From NCBI GenBank assembly GCA_977016875.1, contig CDRNST010000104.1, forward strand, positions 1,550,001 through 1,614,000: a stretch of 64,000 nucleotides of DNA, in the 5' to 3' direction. This stretch comes from Pavona decussata (Eukaryota). The translations under genes and the position numbers were made by a program. The notes beneath the pieces were generated by a model. That model had not been told where the DNA came from and searched no databases. It saw only the letters and a list, made by a program, of their open reading frames with translations. Shown in pieces: positions 13,221-24,700 of the stretch (positions are counted from its first letter, which is position 1; the number at the start of each line of letters is the position of its first letter).

Positions 13221-14632
13221 GCTCATCATTGGCTGTTTGATGTTTCGTAGATACCTTTCCATTGATTAATGTGGTTTTTACCAATAATCAATAACAAGGA
13301 TGTTTTTCTTAAAAGTTTTGAAGGATTTGTAACCCTCCCTTCCAGGAATGTACTGGAATGCATTTCCCTGTTATTAATCATTTGCAGTTGATTGAACTGT
13401 CTCCTCACTGTTCTTGTTCCCATGGTGGCCACGGCGATGTATCTTCCCACACTCTTCAAACACTATGTCCATAATTTTATTAAACACAGAGATGCTTCTT
13501 GCACATCCTTGTGCAGCTAGTTGTGTTAGTTTGCCACCCATTACTTTAAGAAGTTTCTTTAGGTCAAGGTTGACACGTCCATGTGAAGGTCAAGCAGAAT
13601 TCCCCCCTTTTTCCCTTTCTTGTCAACAAAGCGATTATCCAACAACAAAAAGGCCTCCTTTTTAGACAAAATAGCATAAATCTTGGTTAAAAAAAAATAG
13701 TGGTAGGAGATAGGCATACTCAGTGTGCTTAAATTTATATTGAAAAAGTAAAACTATTTTGTAGCATCAAACAAGCTTGTCAGCATCCCCCTCCTTTATG
13801 ACATCAATTATCTTAAAAACTAGAAGACCACATTGTAGTCTAGCATTATGTTAGTTGTTAATACAGTCAACATTTTTTGTCTTTTCCTGCTTCATTGGTT
13901 TCTGTTGCATCCTGTAGTGGTTGATACCTTTCTTAGCGAGTCATTAACTCATGTCTACATGAAAAGAAAAATTTAAGGTATTTCAAGAATGTGAGAGGAA
14001 AATAATTTTTTTTATTTCTTCATTTCTTCATGCTAAGGCTTTAGTACCTCTTTTGCGTGGCACTGGTGGTAAAGACATGAGGACAGTCTTGGTTTCTACA
14101 CTTGTAGTAGCCTAGGCTGTCTGTCTTGGTCACCATCACTATAAATCTCTAGTTCAGGATGCTCGGATACTTTGTGTCTGTCAAAGAAAAATCAGCAAGG
14201 AATCAGGTTGGAATTTACGCTCACTCTTTGAAATACATGTTTATCACACTAGTAGTTTCAACCATTGAACACTTTAAGACCCAACTAAGCATAAAAATTT
14301 TTCCTTGTACTATCATTCAATGTTTATTCAACCCCTGAGGTCACGAGAATTTTGGATATGATCACCTATGTTGAATGTTCTCAACATTTTAATAATTTCT
14401 CCCCAGTACAGTAAGGGAACAAGATAGGAGAATTTGTTCTTTAATATTAGGGGTTTAAGGGTTGGATTAAACAGAGCCCGACACTGCAATATTGACCATT
14501 TAAATAATCATAATGAATTTAGTGCAATAGAAACACTTAGGCCTTCTTGTTTGAAATAACCATACTTATGGGCAGCACATAATTTTTTTGACACATTGCT
14601 GCTAACTTTTGAAAATGATATCAACTTGAGAC

Positions 14633-14680
<48 letters not shown>
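14633..14680. repeat. (AAT)n microsatellite; similar tracts at 1278-1335, 12279-12331, 15677-15725, 58540-58585 and 59208-59241
   Basis: Directly visible trinucleotide runs. Confidence 0.95.
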
Positions 14681-14682
<2 letters not shown>

Positions 14683-15685
14683 TCTAACTATATTCTCAAT
14701 ATAATGAAAGAAAGTGTATTAGCTAAAGGCCGCTGATTGGTCAATAAACAATGGAGGATGTTGTCAAAATGCCCAGGTGCATGGGTATCGCAAAATGTCT
14801 CCATTTCATCTGGACTGTAGAGATGTCCTCCACCTTGTGAATATATAGTGCTGGACAAATGATCTGTGGAACGTCTGTACAAGGGTGCTAAATGCTGTCT
14901 CCTTAATAAATGTCAAAATGAAAAGCAATATTTTATATCCATATTCAAAGGCAAATGTTTCTGTCAATTCAGTTAATTTCTCTTTCCAGTTTATGTCCTT
15001 CTTTATGGTTGAATGTATAAATGTGGCACTGGCGTCTTGAATTTTTTTGGCCTGGACCAAGGACAATTTGTTCACCAGGTTCAGTGCACGTTTGACAACC
15101 ATTATATCCATTGAACTGTCTTTTAAGCCATGTAGCTCTAGCAGGTGAGTCCATACTAGTATCAAGGAGAATGCCTCTTATTTCTTGTCACTCCTTGAAT
15201 TTCAGTACCTAAATCATTATTAATGCAACAAAAGAATCAAATCTAAGTATGCTTGAGTACGTTCAGAACAGAATTGCCAACAATTCAGATGAACATACTG
15301 ATTGTACTTTTAATTTTCCTTTGTAGCACTGATCATAAAGAATAATGTATAGCTTAGCAAGTTATTGTGACCTTAATGTTAAGGTTAGGTTAGTTGATGT
15401 GGATTACAAAAATTGAAATTTCGAGCTATAGTTGCACATGACTACACATAGATTAACCATGGACACACAGTAAAATATGATATTCCTATTTGCGCCCATA
15501 GTAATCCTATGTAAGCCCGCCTCATACATAACTTTTCACCTTCTGTGTATAAATGTCTAATGCTTTCACAAAATGGTTTCATTTAACGTAGGAAAATGTG
15601 GTTTTCCTCTTCCAAACCTTATCCCAGCAAACAGTCTATTTACCCTGCCAAATCTGCGAAGAAACCAAATACAATGATAATAATC

Positions 15686-15725
<40 letters not shown>

Positions 15726-16225
15726 TGATGCACTTCTGCGTCTGCTGTTTCACTGTCGGCTTACTGTAGCTTTTTGGAATGATTTTCGGAAATGGTGGCT
15801 TCGAAACACCCAGATTGAATTCAACCTTACTGCCGCTAAAGTTTTATATGGTGTGATAGATAATTCAAGGTTCTGTACGCTGCTCAAGTTAGCCCTTTTA
15901 GTAGCCAAGTTTTACATATATCATTGCAGTCTAGACTAGGCACCCCTTTTCTTCCCTGTGTTTGAAACAGAATTATGTGAAAAAGGTGGCATCGAATATA
16001 ATATTGCCAAGGAAAACGGTTATCTAAAGCACTTCAAGATTAAATGGGAGCCACTGATTTACAACAGATTCATCAAAAATGTGGTTATTTGAGAGACCCC
16101 TTAAATCGCTTTCCACTACTTTTTTTGCTGTTGTTCTATTTGTTGTCGTTTTTTCTTTACTCATATTTCATTCAGCTTACCTTTTCATACTGGAACATTG
16201 TAATTCGTTAAAAATAAAAGTAAAA
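15726..16225 (+). mobile_element. 3' fragment of an L1/Tx1-like LINE (ORF2 C-terminus plus 3' UTR)
   Basis: LLFHC..TVAFW..F.KWW...VLYG...LLVAKFYIYHC resembles the post-zf-RVT region. Ends in an A-rich tail and is inserted next to an (AAT)n tract. Confidence 0.65.
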
Positions 16226-16479
16226 AGTACAGTCGACTCCCGATAACTCGATCCTTCAGGGGAAATAGAAAAAAGTTCGAGTTATCGGGAATTCGAGCTA
16301 CCGGGAGTTGGGAACAAATGACCGGAAATAAGGAAAGACTATGATCGTGTGCACTTCTATGCATACTATGTACATTTCAGTTTAATTTAATTTAATTGCC
16401 ATATGTATGTAATGAAATGTTTCTATTGCTTTTTCTAATAATGAAAAAACGTTGTCTGTACTTTTCTATTCATACCATG

Positions 16480-17297
16480 TGTAACGATTGCGACGAAAGA
16501 CGAGACTTCGAGGGGTGTCACTAAGGCGTGTTTGCAAAGTGTCGCTGGTGTTGGGACTATTTTACTGGTCGTTGACGCAAAACCACGAAAACCAAGATGA
16601 CGGTTAACGGTGTTTATTGAGAGACGAAGACAATCACGATCACGATCACGATCGTAAACTGAAATTACAATAATGCAACAACGAAAGTATGAATCAACTT
16701 GAATTCGTGCGTAAGGCATAAAAGAAAAGCTTAAGGTGCCTATGTCGATAACGCGATTAAAATAACAACAATTACACGTAAATTAACATAAACAAAACAT
16801 AAAAGGCTAAATTAAAACTACTCGAGATTTAAAGGTCGGCTACACAATGAACATTTGCGGCTGATTAACAGCCCAAAGACTAAAATTGTGGGCGTAGCTG
16901 TCTAAGCGTCTTATTCTTTCAAATTACTCTTTGATTTCAAGATAATTAGTTGTACTATTGTACAACACAGCACATATGTGCGCTAACGCCCAAGGTGAAA
17001 AGTAAACTTAAACACATTGAAATAAAACTAACAAAATCACTTACATATCGGTCCCGCTTGTGCCAAAGGTTTAGTACGAAAGAACGAAGGTGCTGCTATT
17101 CAAGGCGAAATCTTGCGAAACTCTGGCTTAAAGGGACGCTAACTTAGCTTTTATATGCGCGTGGTGACGCTAAAAGATTCGATTACAAACCAATAGGAAA
17201 ACAGATAAACATTGTAACTACGATCGTAACTAGGCACACAAAGTAATTGATAATTGATCTAATCAAAAAACTATTCCTTTGTTCGATATCCTTAACA
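16480..17297 (-). repeat. 3' LTR of the BEL element
   Basis: tgtaacgattgcg...ccttaaca; about 7 differences from 23883-24700 by eye. Confidence 0.95.
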
Positions 17298-17464
17298 TGG
17301 CTCCCCTGAAATATTCATATTTCACTAATCAATACATCTGTCAATTTCTTAGTCAATCTATTAACTATTCTATTAATTAATCAATCAATTAATGTTCTAT
17401 AAGTTCTTTTTCATGGTTCAGTTCATTTCTTGGAAGGCTCCTCGGCTGGGAATTACCCCGGATC

Positions 17465-20400
17465 TCAATCTTTCTTTGATGCTAGCAACAGCAATACCAA
17501 CTTCTGCACTGGTCTCTCCAGGTACCGCACAGTTCTGATCCTCTTGCCTTTGTTGTCCAAGCAGCTATCCGCAAGAGCTACTTGAACCTTGCGTACTTGG
17601 CCATCGGAACTAGGGTTGACCACCGATACTCTTGCTAGCTGCCAGGCGCTCCGAGGAAGACTTTCATCTTTCACTATGACTACATCACCAACAATCAAGT
17701 TTCTCCGAGGGCGTGACCACTTTTGGCACTGCTGTAAACTGAGGAGGAATTCTTTTCTCCATTGAGTCCAGAACTCGTTCGCCAAATGCTGGACTCGTCT
17801 CCAACGCTTTCTGCAATACATGTCGGCTGGCTGGAAGGCACCCGGAGGAGCAAGAACGACCTTTGACTTCATTGTCAAGAGGTGGTTGGGAGTGAGTGGA
17901 CTGGCTGAATCTGGATCAGTAAGCTGGGTCACTGTCAAGGGGCGGCTGTTGACAATAGCTTCTGCTTCGCACATCAAGGTTCTAAGAGACTCGTCGTCTA
18001 GCTGTTGTCCATTGTCCTGTAATAGTGATGCGAGGACGTTACGAACTGTTCTGATTTGTCGCTCCCAAACGCCTCCCATGTGGCTCGCTGCTGGGACGTT
18101 CAATTTGAAGGTGAACCAGTCACACTGTTCTTCGAGCAGCTTTTCCTTGATTTTGTCTTGGTTCATCTCTGCTAATGCTTGGGTGAGTTCTGTGCGAGCT
18201 CCAACAAAGTTCGTTCCCTGATCGCTCCTTAACTGGCGGATAGGTCCTCGACGACTTATAAATCTTTTCAGGGCATTTATAAATGAGTCAGTCTCGAGGG
18301 AGTTGGCAATCTCGATGTGAATAGCTCTTGAAGCCATGCAGGTGAAGAGCACGCCATAATGTTTTAGCTCCTTTCTTCTTTCTTTGATGACGAAGGGTCC
18401 AAAAAAATCAACGGCGCAATACGTGAAGGGTGGAGTGGACTCGAGGCGATCTTCGGGTAAGTCTGACATCCTTTGTTCTTGCACTGCTCCGCGGAGTCTC
18501 TGGCACTTGACGGAGGATGAAATCATGCTGGCGACTACTGATGAACCGCTGACCACCCAGAAGCCACTTGATCGTACTTCATTTAAGGTCATCCCTTTGC
18601 CTTGATGTTGTGTACGTTCATGAAAATGCTTGACAATCAGCTTGGTGACGTGGCTATTTCGAGGCAGGATGATGGGAAACTTCACTTCCTCTGTCAAGCT
18701 TGCACGTCTGAGACGTCCACCGACTCGCAAAATTCCATTTTCATCCAAGAACGGGTCAAGCTTGTAGAGCGAGCTGCTTGTTTTCATGCTGGTCTTTCTC
18801 TGTTGGGCGAAAACTCTACTGTCAGGGTCGGTGTTTTCCTGCTTCATCTTCTGTAAAACTTCTATTTCCTCTTTAAAGGATTTAATCTGTGCATCACGAA
18901 TAATTGCGCTCTCGGCGTTCTTCAAATCACTGACGTCCAGCACTTGCACTTCTTCATGAATGCACGTCTTGTTGAGCGCTCGATCTCTCAGAACTCTGAC
19001 GTAGCGTTGACATAGGGCAACTGCTCGCTTGGCTCGATGCCAGTCAGAGAAATATCCTATTCTTTCAGCGAGGCTCAACGTCTCTGAACGTGCTTGCACT
19101 ATTGGCGTGGTTGTCGTGGTTGCCATGGCGACAGAACTCTTAACTTCTGGGTCGTTTTCTTGGAGTTTGTGGTCTTCTCTGGGTAGCCACTTGTTTTCAT
19201 TCTCCCAAAGAAACGCTGGTCCAGTAATCCAGCGGGAATTTAGCAGCTCTTGTGTTCTCAGACCTCGAGACGCTTCATCTGCTGGGTTTTGTTTTGATTC
19301 GACGTACTTCCACTGTTCAATTGAAGTGTTTTCTTGAATTTCTTGAACTCTGTTGGCGACGAACACGTTAAAACGCCTACTCTCGTTGGCTATATATCCA
19401 AGTACCACTCTACTGTCTGTCCAGAAGTATTCTTTATCAATGGTGTACTCTAGCTCCCGTCGCAATTGCTGGCTGATTCTCACTGAGCACACGGCGGCGG
19501 TAAGCTCCAGGCGTGGTATAGTTACAGGCTTCAACGGTGCCACTCTGGACTTTCCCATAACAAAGGAACAATGAACTCTCTGGTTCTCGTCTACAAGGCG
19601 CAGGTAACTACACTGACCATAACCTTTGACGCTCGCGTCCGAGAAGTGATGAAGTTGTGCGCTCACAACACGACCAAAGCCATCGGGCTTATAGCATCTG
19701 GGAATTGAAATGCGTTGAACTTCTAACAAATCTGATCTCCACTTTTCCCTTTTGGTTTTGATGTCTTCCGGTATCGGATCATCCCAGCCTACGTCACGGC
19801 GACACAAATCTTGAAGAATTGACTTTCCATCCAACAAGAGCGGAGCAACGAATCCGAGCGGATCGAAAATCGAGCTCACAGTGGAGAGTATACCCCGTCT
19901 AGTGCATGGCTTGTCTTGTAGTACGATAGCGAACTGGAAGCAGTCAGACTCAACACACCAATGGTCACCGAGTGCGCGCTCTAAGGGAAGTGAGTCAAGG
20001 TCTAAATCTAACTCCTTTACACCATCTGCTCTGTCTTGCCCTGGGATTCTTCTGATGACTTCTTTACTGTTAGACACAAACTTCTGAAGCCGGAAACCTC
20101 CTTTGCTGCACATCTGCTTTACGCTTACAATAAGCTTCACTGCGTCGTCTACCAAGGGAACGGACTTCAAACCGTCGTCAACGTAGAAGTCCTTACGAAC
20201 GAAATCTGCGGCGCTAGCTCCAAATTCTTCTTCAAAATCATTGGCCGTAGACTTCAAAGCGAAATTTGCGCAGCCTGGGGACGAGGTGGCTCCAAACAAG
20301 TGTACGGTCATTCTGTACTCTTTAGGTTCTTTGGTGAGGTCGCCATCTTCCCACCAGAGAAAGCGCAACAAGTCTCTGTATTCTTCGCTTACTTTTACTT

Positions 20401-21145
20401 GGTGAAACATGGCTTCTATGTCACACATAAAAGCGATTTGCTCTTGTCGAAATCTGCAAAGCACTCCAGTCAAATTGTTTGTCAAGTCGGGCCCTTGAAG
20501 TAGGTGCTTGTTTAGTGATTCACTTTCGTACTCGGCAGCACAGTCGAAAACTACACGAATCTTATTGGGTTTCTTAGGATGATAGACTCCGTGGTGTGGA
20601 ATGTACCAAACGTTCGCTTTCTCTTGAACTTGACCATGGGATGTATGTTCCGATTCAGACATCTCTGGTACCCTCTCAGCGTATCCATTCTTTATCAAAT
20701 TTTTCATAAATTCCGAGTAGTCCGTGTAGTATTTCTGGCTGTTTCTACCCACGAACCTTCTTTTTAGCTGGTTAAGTCTGTGAAGCGCTACCGTCTTGTT
20801 GTTTGGAAGCTCAATGGTTTCGTTCTTCAAGGGTAGTGGGAGCTCATAATGGCCATCATCGCGATGTTGAATTCCCTTTTCTGCTATCTGAATAAACTTT
20901 CTGTCTTCCTTGGATAGGCCATGCTTCGATTTGTTTTTGTGTTCCAAGTAATCGAGCTCGAACATCTGATTAATTGCTGATGGGTTTATGACCTCCTTCG
21001 TTTTTCCGTGGAGAATGAAACTCAACTGGTTAGCGCTGTCACTTGCTCCAGAAATAACCTCTCTTGTTAAGGTAAGATGACAGGTGGAATCTAGGGTGTG
21101 GCCGTCTCGAGGGGTGTTTGATGTGGCAACTGGTCCCACGATACT
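17465..21145 (-). CDS. BEL/Pao pol (RT, RNase H/Peptidase_A17, integrase), in frame with gag across one stop
   Basis: WYIPHHGV, RVVFD, FYVDD, HHFSDAS, IPRLELTAA, VDFFGP, SDQGTNF, GVWERQIR, DUF5641-like C-terminus. Confidence 0.95.
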   Translation of the reverse strand, partial: SIVGPVATSNTPRDGHTLDSTCHLTLTREVISGASDSANQLSFILHGKTKEVINPSAINQMFELDYLEHKNKSKHGLSKEDRKFIQIAEKGIQHRDDGHYELPLPLKNETIELPNNKTVALHRLNQLKRRFVGRNSQKYYTDYSEFMKNLIKNGYAERVPEMSESEHTSHGQVQEKANVWYIPHHGVYHPKKPNKIRVVFDCAAEYESESLNKHLLQGPDLTNNLTGVLCRFRQEQIAFMCDIEAMFHQVKVSEEYRDLLRFLWWEDGDLTKEPKEYRMTVHLFGATSSPGCANFALKSTANDFEEEFGASAADFVRKDFYVDDGLKSVPLVDDAVKLIVSVKQMCSKGGFRLQKFVSNSKEVIRRIPGQDRADGVKELDLDLDSLPLERALGDHWCVESDCFQFAIVLQDKPCTRRGILSTVSSIFDPLGFVAPLLLDGKSILQDLCRRDVGWDDPIPEDIKTKREKWRSDLLEVQRISIPRCYKPDGFGRVVSAQLHHFSDASVKGYGQCSYLRLVDENQRVHCSFVMGKSRVAPLKPVTIPRLELTAAVCSVRISQQLRRELEYTIDKEYFWTDSRVVLGYIANESRRFNVFVANRVQEIQENTSIEQWKYVESKQNPADEASRGLRTQELLNSRWITGPAFLWENENKWLPREDHKLQENDPEVKSSVAMATTTTTPIVQARSETLSLAERIGYFSDWHRAKRAVALCQRYVRVLRDRALNKTCIHEEVQVLDVSDLKNAESAIIRDAQIKSFKEEIEVLQKMKQENTDPDSRVFAQQRKTSMKTSSSLYKLDPFLDENGILRVGGRLRRASLTEEVKFPIILPRNSHVTKLIVKHFHERTQHQGKGMTLNEVRSSGFWVVSGSSVVASMISSSVKCQRLRGAVQEQRMSDLPEDRLESTPPFTYCAVDFFGPFVIKERRKELKHYGVLFTCMASRAIHIEIANSLETDSFINALKRFISRRGPIRQLRSDQGTNFVGARTELTQALAEMNQDKIKEKLLEEQCDWFTFKLNVPAASHMGGVWERQIRTVRNVLASLLQDNGQQLDDESLRTLMCEAEAIVNSRPLTVTQLTDPDSASPLTPNHLLTMKSKVVLAPPGAFQPADMYCRKRWRRVQHLANEFWTQWRKEFLLSLQQCQKWSRPRRNLIVGDVVIVKDESLPRSAWQLARVSVVNPSSDGQVRKVQVALADSCLDNKGKRIRTVRYLERPVQKLVLLLLASKKD

Positions 21146-23809
21146 CTAACCTTGCAAGGTTCGAACAGCGTAAGGTTCTTCTCCTTTACCGCGAATGACT
21201 TCTGGTGGTGTGATCGCTTTGGGGCAGTTGCAACCAATTAGCAGGCCAATATCTACGTCTTCATCGTACGGAGGAATTTTGCCTTGGATCCCTTTAAGGT
21301 GCGGCCAGTTGTTTACGTTTTCTGGTCTTGGAATTTGGTCTCGACGGGAAGGAATGGTCTGCCTTGAATACGTCTTGGGTAGGTCAACTTTGGTGCGTTT
21401 GTCAAGTCGCTGAACAATCAAGCCATCAATTCTTTCAACTGCTATCCTCTGACGACCAAGCATTGTGCTTAAATCTAAACTAGTTTCAACACCCTTGATA
21501 CCGAGTTCACGCTGTACTTGGGTGGTCACAAAGGTTGTGTCACTTGCATCGTCTAGGAGGGCGTAGACCTTGATTGATTTGGCTGGGTTATCCTTGTGGA
21601 ACAGAAAAACTTGGATGATCCGACAATTAGTGATTATGCTGGCAGACTCTGTAGCTGAGCTGTGCGTTACACTGATCAGGTTTGAGCTCGCGGATCTTGC
21701 AACTGGAGGTTTCTCGCTGAGTGGTTCATTCTTGTTAGGTGGGCGCTGAGTTTCTTGTGACTTGCGGTCAGGCTGTAGACGACTCTCAGTGGATCTTGGT
21801 TTTACGCCATGCAATAAGGTGTGGTGACGTCTTCCGCAATTTTTACAAATGGATCTATTACGACATCGCGAAGACATGTGACCTGACTTGAAACAGCCAA
21901 AACAAAGAGCTTTACTGCGAATAAATTCACTGCGTTCATCTACTGAACTCTTGAGAAATTTGCTGCACTTGACGAGGGCGTGCTGACCGTTGCAAAGGGG
22001 GCAGGCCTGATCTGTTTGATCTGCAAATGGTCTTGTCGACGAAGCAAGATCGCTGGGGTATGGAGTGCCTGATGTCACGAGAGAATTGGCGCTCAAATCA
22101 CTATCGTCCTTCTTCTTTGACTTGTTCTTCCATCCCCACTTCGGCTGGGTACCAGTCTTTTTGCGTTCCGCTTTCAGGGCATCAGGTGAGAAGATGGGGT
22201 CATTTGCAAGTTCTGCTTCTTCTCTGACAAAGTTCATAAAGGCGCTAAATGTGATTATTTTCTTAAACTTGCTTTGCCTTTCATGAGCATACCGGCACCA
22301 TTTCACAGCAGAGTAAGAAGGAAGTTTGCTGCTGACAAGGCGGAGAGTTTCTGTTGAGTCGAGGTCCCCCATTGACTGCATCGTTTTCATTGCTTCTTCG
22401 CATCGTGTGAGAAAATCAGAGAAGTCCTGGAGGCCACTGCTATCACCATCATTTATCTTTGGCCAGTTTCTTAGACTAGACTTGTACGCCTCCGCTACGT
22501 GGATGGGATTCCCGAAACGCTGGTCTAACATCTTGCGAGCTTTATCGTAGGCACTGTCAGAGCTCATAGCCAAGAAACCTTTCACTACATTGTTAGCCTT
22601 GCCTCTGGTGTACTTGTCAAGGAAATACAGCCTGTCCTTGTTCGATGGTACATTACTGCAAATGATGGAATCGAAGGCGGTCACGAAGGCTGGATATTCA
22701 AAGTAATCTCTGGAGAAAACTGGCGGCTCTTTAACCGGGAGGCTGCTAATCTTCTGCTGATTGATAATTAATGAGCTCAATTCGGCCTGCTTCGCTTGTA
22801 GGCTCACGATTTCTTGAAGAGTGGTATTAACGCCATTCTCTTGAAATTGGGGCATGAACACAGGATCTCCTTTCCGAGGCTCAAAGGTTGGCGTTAGATA
22901 ACTTCCAGGAATGAACGGAGGAGCGTACGGGTTAGCCTTAAAGCTTCTTTCTTGTTTAATGTTCTCGTTACTTACGTCTGGTTTTAATTCCTGTTTAACC
23001 GCGGGATTAAAGTCTTTGACACTTGACTCCTCTTTATCGCCTGCTAATCTTTCTTCATCTAGGATTCGCTTTATCGCTACTTTTTCGGCGCTTGCGATAG
23101 CTATCTCTTTCTCAAGTTGCAGCCGCCTCAATTCTCTTTCTTTGTCGAGAAATTCCATTTCGGCCTGTAACTTGGCAGCCTTGGATGCGGCGTCGAGTAG
23201 CGCAAAGGAAAGATGTTTTGTAGAGGACGTACTAAATTTAGACTTTCCAGACGCCTTTGATTTCACGCTGTGACCAGACTTGACAGATCTCACTGACTGT
23301 GCCCGACTGAGGTTTCTTTCAAGTGATTGCATACGTTCACAAAGTCTAACTCTGCACTCAATAAATTCCCGATCGCGAATATCGAACCGTCGATATGAAT
23401 CTTCCTTTTCTTTTTCTGACTGAATTAGATCATTGTGCTCCGTGAATGCGGTATTGAATTTGTCTTTCAAGTTATCCAATTTAAATCTCTCTTCTTCTAA
23501 TTGTTCTATTGTTGTCTTGGGTAAATCACGCAGCACGTTAATCTTATCCATCTGTTGTTTTAATTTTTTGAAGGCAGAGTTCCGATTAGAAAGTTTTGAT
23601 TCCAGCTGATAAGCCAAACCCTTTTCGGTCATTACCCTTCTTCGTCCAGTTGTTTTGGAGAATTCGAATCGTGAAAGTTCTACGCCCGCCACACTCCTGG
23701 GTGGCTTTGGTATTTGAGGCGTTGCCTCGAAGTCTATCTCTGATGGCGTCCTAATACGTCCGAGGACCGGTTCGCTAAAAACACTCATCGTTCGTTTGCC
23801 ACGAAACAA
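21146..23809 (-). CDS. BEL/Pao gag-protease
   Basis: DUF1759-like gag (EPPVFSRDYFEYPAF), Cys/His knuckles CPLCNGQH..C, CFGCFKSGH..C and CKNCGRRHHTLLH, and the protease motif YALLDDASDTTF. Ends at a premature TAG. Confidence 0.93.
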   Translation of the reverse strand: MFRGKRTMSVFSEPVLGRIRTPSEIDFEATPQIPKPPRSVAGVELSRFEFSKTTGRRRVMTEKGLAYQLESKLSNRNSAFKKLKQQMDKINVLRDLPKTTIEQLEEERFKLDNLKDKFNTAFTEHNDLIQSEKEKEDSYRRFDIRDREFIECRVRLCERMQSLERNLSRAQSVRSVKSGHSVKSKASGKSKFSTSSTKHLSFALLDAASKAAKLQAEMEFLDKERELRRLQLEKEIAIASAEKVAIKRILDEERLAGDKEESSVKDFNPAVKQELKPDVSNENIKQERSFKANPYAPPFIPGSYLTPTFEPRKGDPVFMPQFQENGVNTTLQEIVSLQAKQAELSSLIINQQKISSLPVKEPPVFSRDYFEYPAFVTAFDSIICSNVPSNKDRLYFLDKYTRGKANNVVKGFLAMSSDSAYDKARKMLDQRFGNPIHVAEAYKSSLRNWPKINDGDSSGLQDFSDFLTRCEEAMKTMQSMGDLDSTETLRLVSSKLPSYSAVKWCRYAHERQSKFKKIITFSAFMNFVREEAELANDPIFSPDALKAERKKTGTQPKWGWKNKSKKKDDSDLSANSLVTSGTPYPSDLASSTRPFADQTDQACPLCNGQHALVKCSKFLKSSVDERSEFIRSKALCFGCFKSGHMSSRCRNRSICKNCGRRHHTLLHGVKPRSTESRLQPDRKSQETQRPPNKNEPLSEKPPVARSASSNLISVTHSSATESASIITNCRIIQVFLFHKDNPAKSIKVYALLDDASDTTFVTTQVQRELGIKGVETSLDLSTMLGRQRIAVERIDGLIVQRLDKRTKVDLPKTYSRQTIPSRRDQIPRPENVNNWPHLKGIQGKIPPYDEDVDIGLLIGCNCPKAITPPEVIRGKGEEPYAVRTLQG

Positions 23810-23882
23810 AGTACCAAAGGATCGAGACGAAGTTTAACTAGAATACAAAACCATTTGGCGGAATGAAGCGACGATATTTTAC

Positions 23883-24700
23883 TGTAATGATTGCGACGAA
23901 AGACGAGACTTCGAGGGGTGTCGCTAAGGCGTGTTTGCAAAGTGTCGCTGGTGTTGGGACTATTTTACTGGTCGTTGACGCAAAACCACAAAAACCAAGA
24001 TGACGGTTAACGGTGTTTATTGAGAGACGAAGACAATCACGATCACGATCACGATCGTAAACTGAAATTACAATAATGCAACAACGAAAGTATGAATCAA
24101 CTTGAATTCGTGCGTAAGGCATAAACGAAACGCTTTACGTGCCTATGTCGATAACGCGATTAAAATAACAACAATTACACGTAAATTAACATAAACAAAA
24201 CATAAAAGGCTAAATTAAAACTACTCGAGATTTAAAGGTCGGCTACACAATGAACATTTGCGGCTGATTAACAGCCCAAAGACTAAAATTGTGGGCGTAG
24301 CTGTCTAAGCGTCTTATTCTTTCAAATTACTCTTTGATTTCAAGATAATTAGTTGTACTATTGTACAACACAGCACATATGTGCGCTAACGCCCAAGGTG
24401 AAAAGTAAACTTAAACACATTGAAATAAAACTAACAAAATCACTTACATATCGGTCCCGCTTGTGCCAAAGGTTTAGTACGAAAGAACGAAGGTGCTGCT
24501 ATTCAAGGCGAAATCTTGCGAAACTCTGGCTTAAAGGGACGCTAACTTAGCTTTTATATGCGCGTGGTGACGCTAAAAGATTCGATTACAAACCAATAGG
24601 AAAACAGATAAACATTGTAACTACGATCGTAACTAGGCACACAAAGTAATTGATAATTGATCTAATCAAAAAACTATTCCTTTGTTCGATATCCTTAACA
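23883..24700 (-). repeat. 5' LTR of the BEL element
   Basis: tgtaatgattgcg...ccttaaca followed by the TSD ccatg. Confidence 0.95.

Larger units (their letters stand above)
9970..15200 (-). mobile_element. Degenerate EnSpm/CACTA-like element (subterminal repeats, accessory ORF exons, transposase fragment)
   Basis: An aaacaaga subterminal-type array lies at 9980-10300. 11071-11424 (LLAVYFAFNLQY...YKFLEEHVLGI) is typical of the CACTA accessory ORF C-terminus. 14969-15190 (MDSPARA..FNGYNGCQTC.EPG) is typical of CACTA transposases. Boundaries are approximate. Confidence 0.6.
16480..24700 (-). mobile_element. Full-length BEL/Pao LTR retrotransposon
   Basis: Two 818-bp TG..CA LTRs, a 5-bp TSD CCATG (16475-16479, 24701-24705), gag-PR-RT-RH-IN order, and a PPT-like GGGGAGCCA next to the 3' LTR. 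Confidence 0.97.

Noticed and set aside
16435-17147. Duplicated ORFs 16435-16719/23838-24122 and 16950-17147/24353-24550
   Set aside because: They are identical only because they lie in the two LTRs, and they show no protein features.
17820-23273. Numerous + strand ORFs within the BEL element
   Set aside because: They are antisense shadows of the long gag-pol frame with no recognisable domains.
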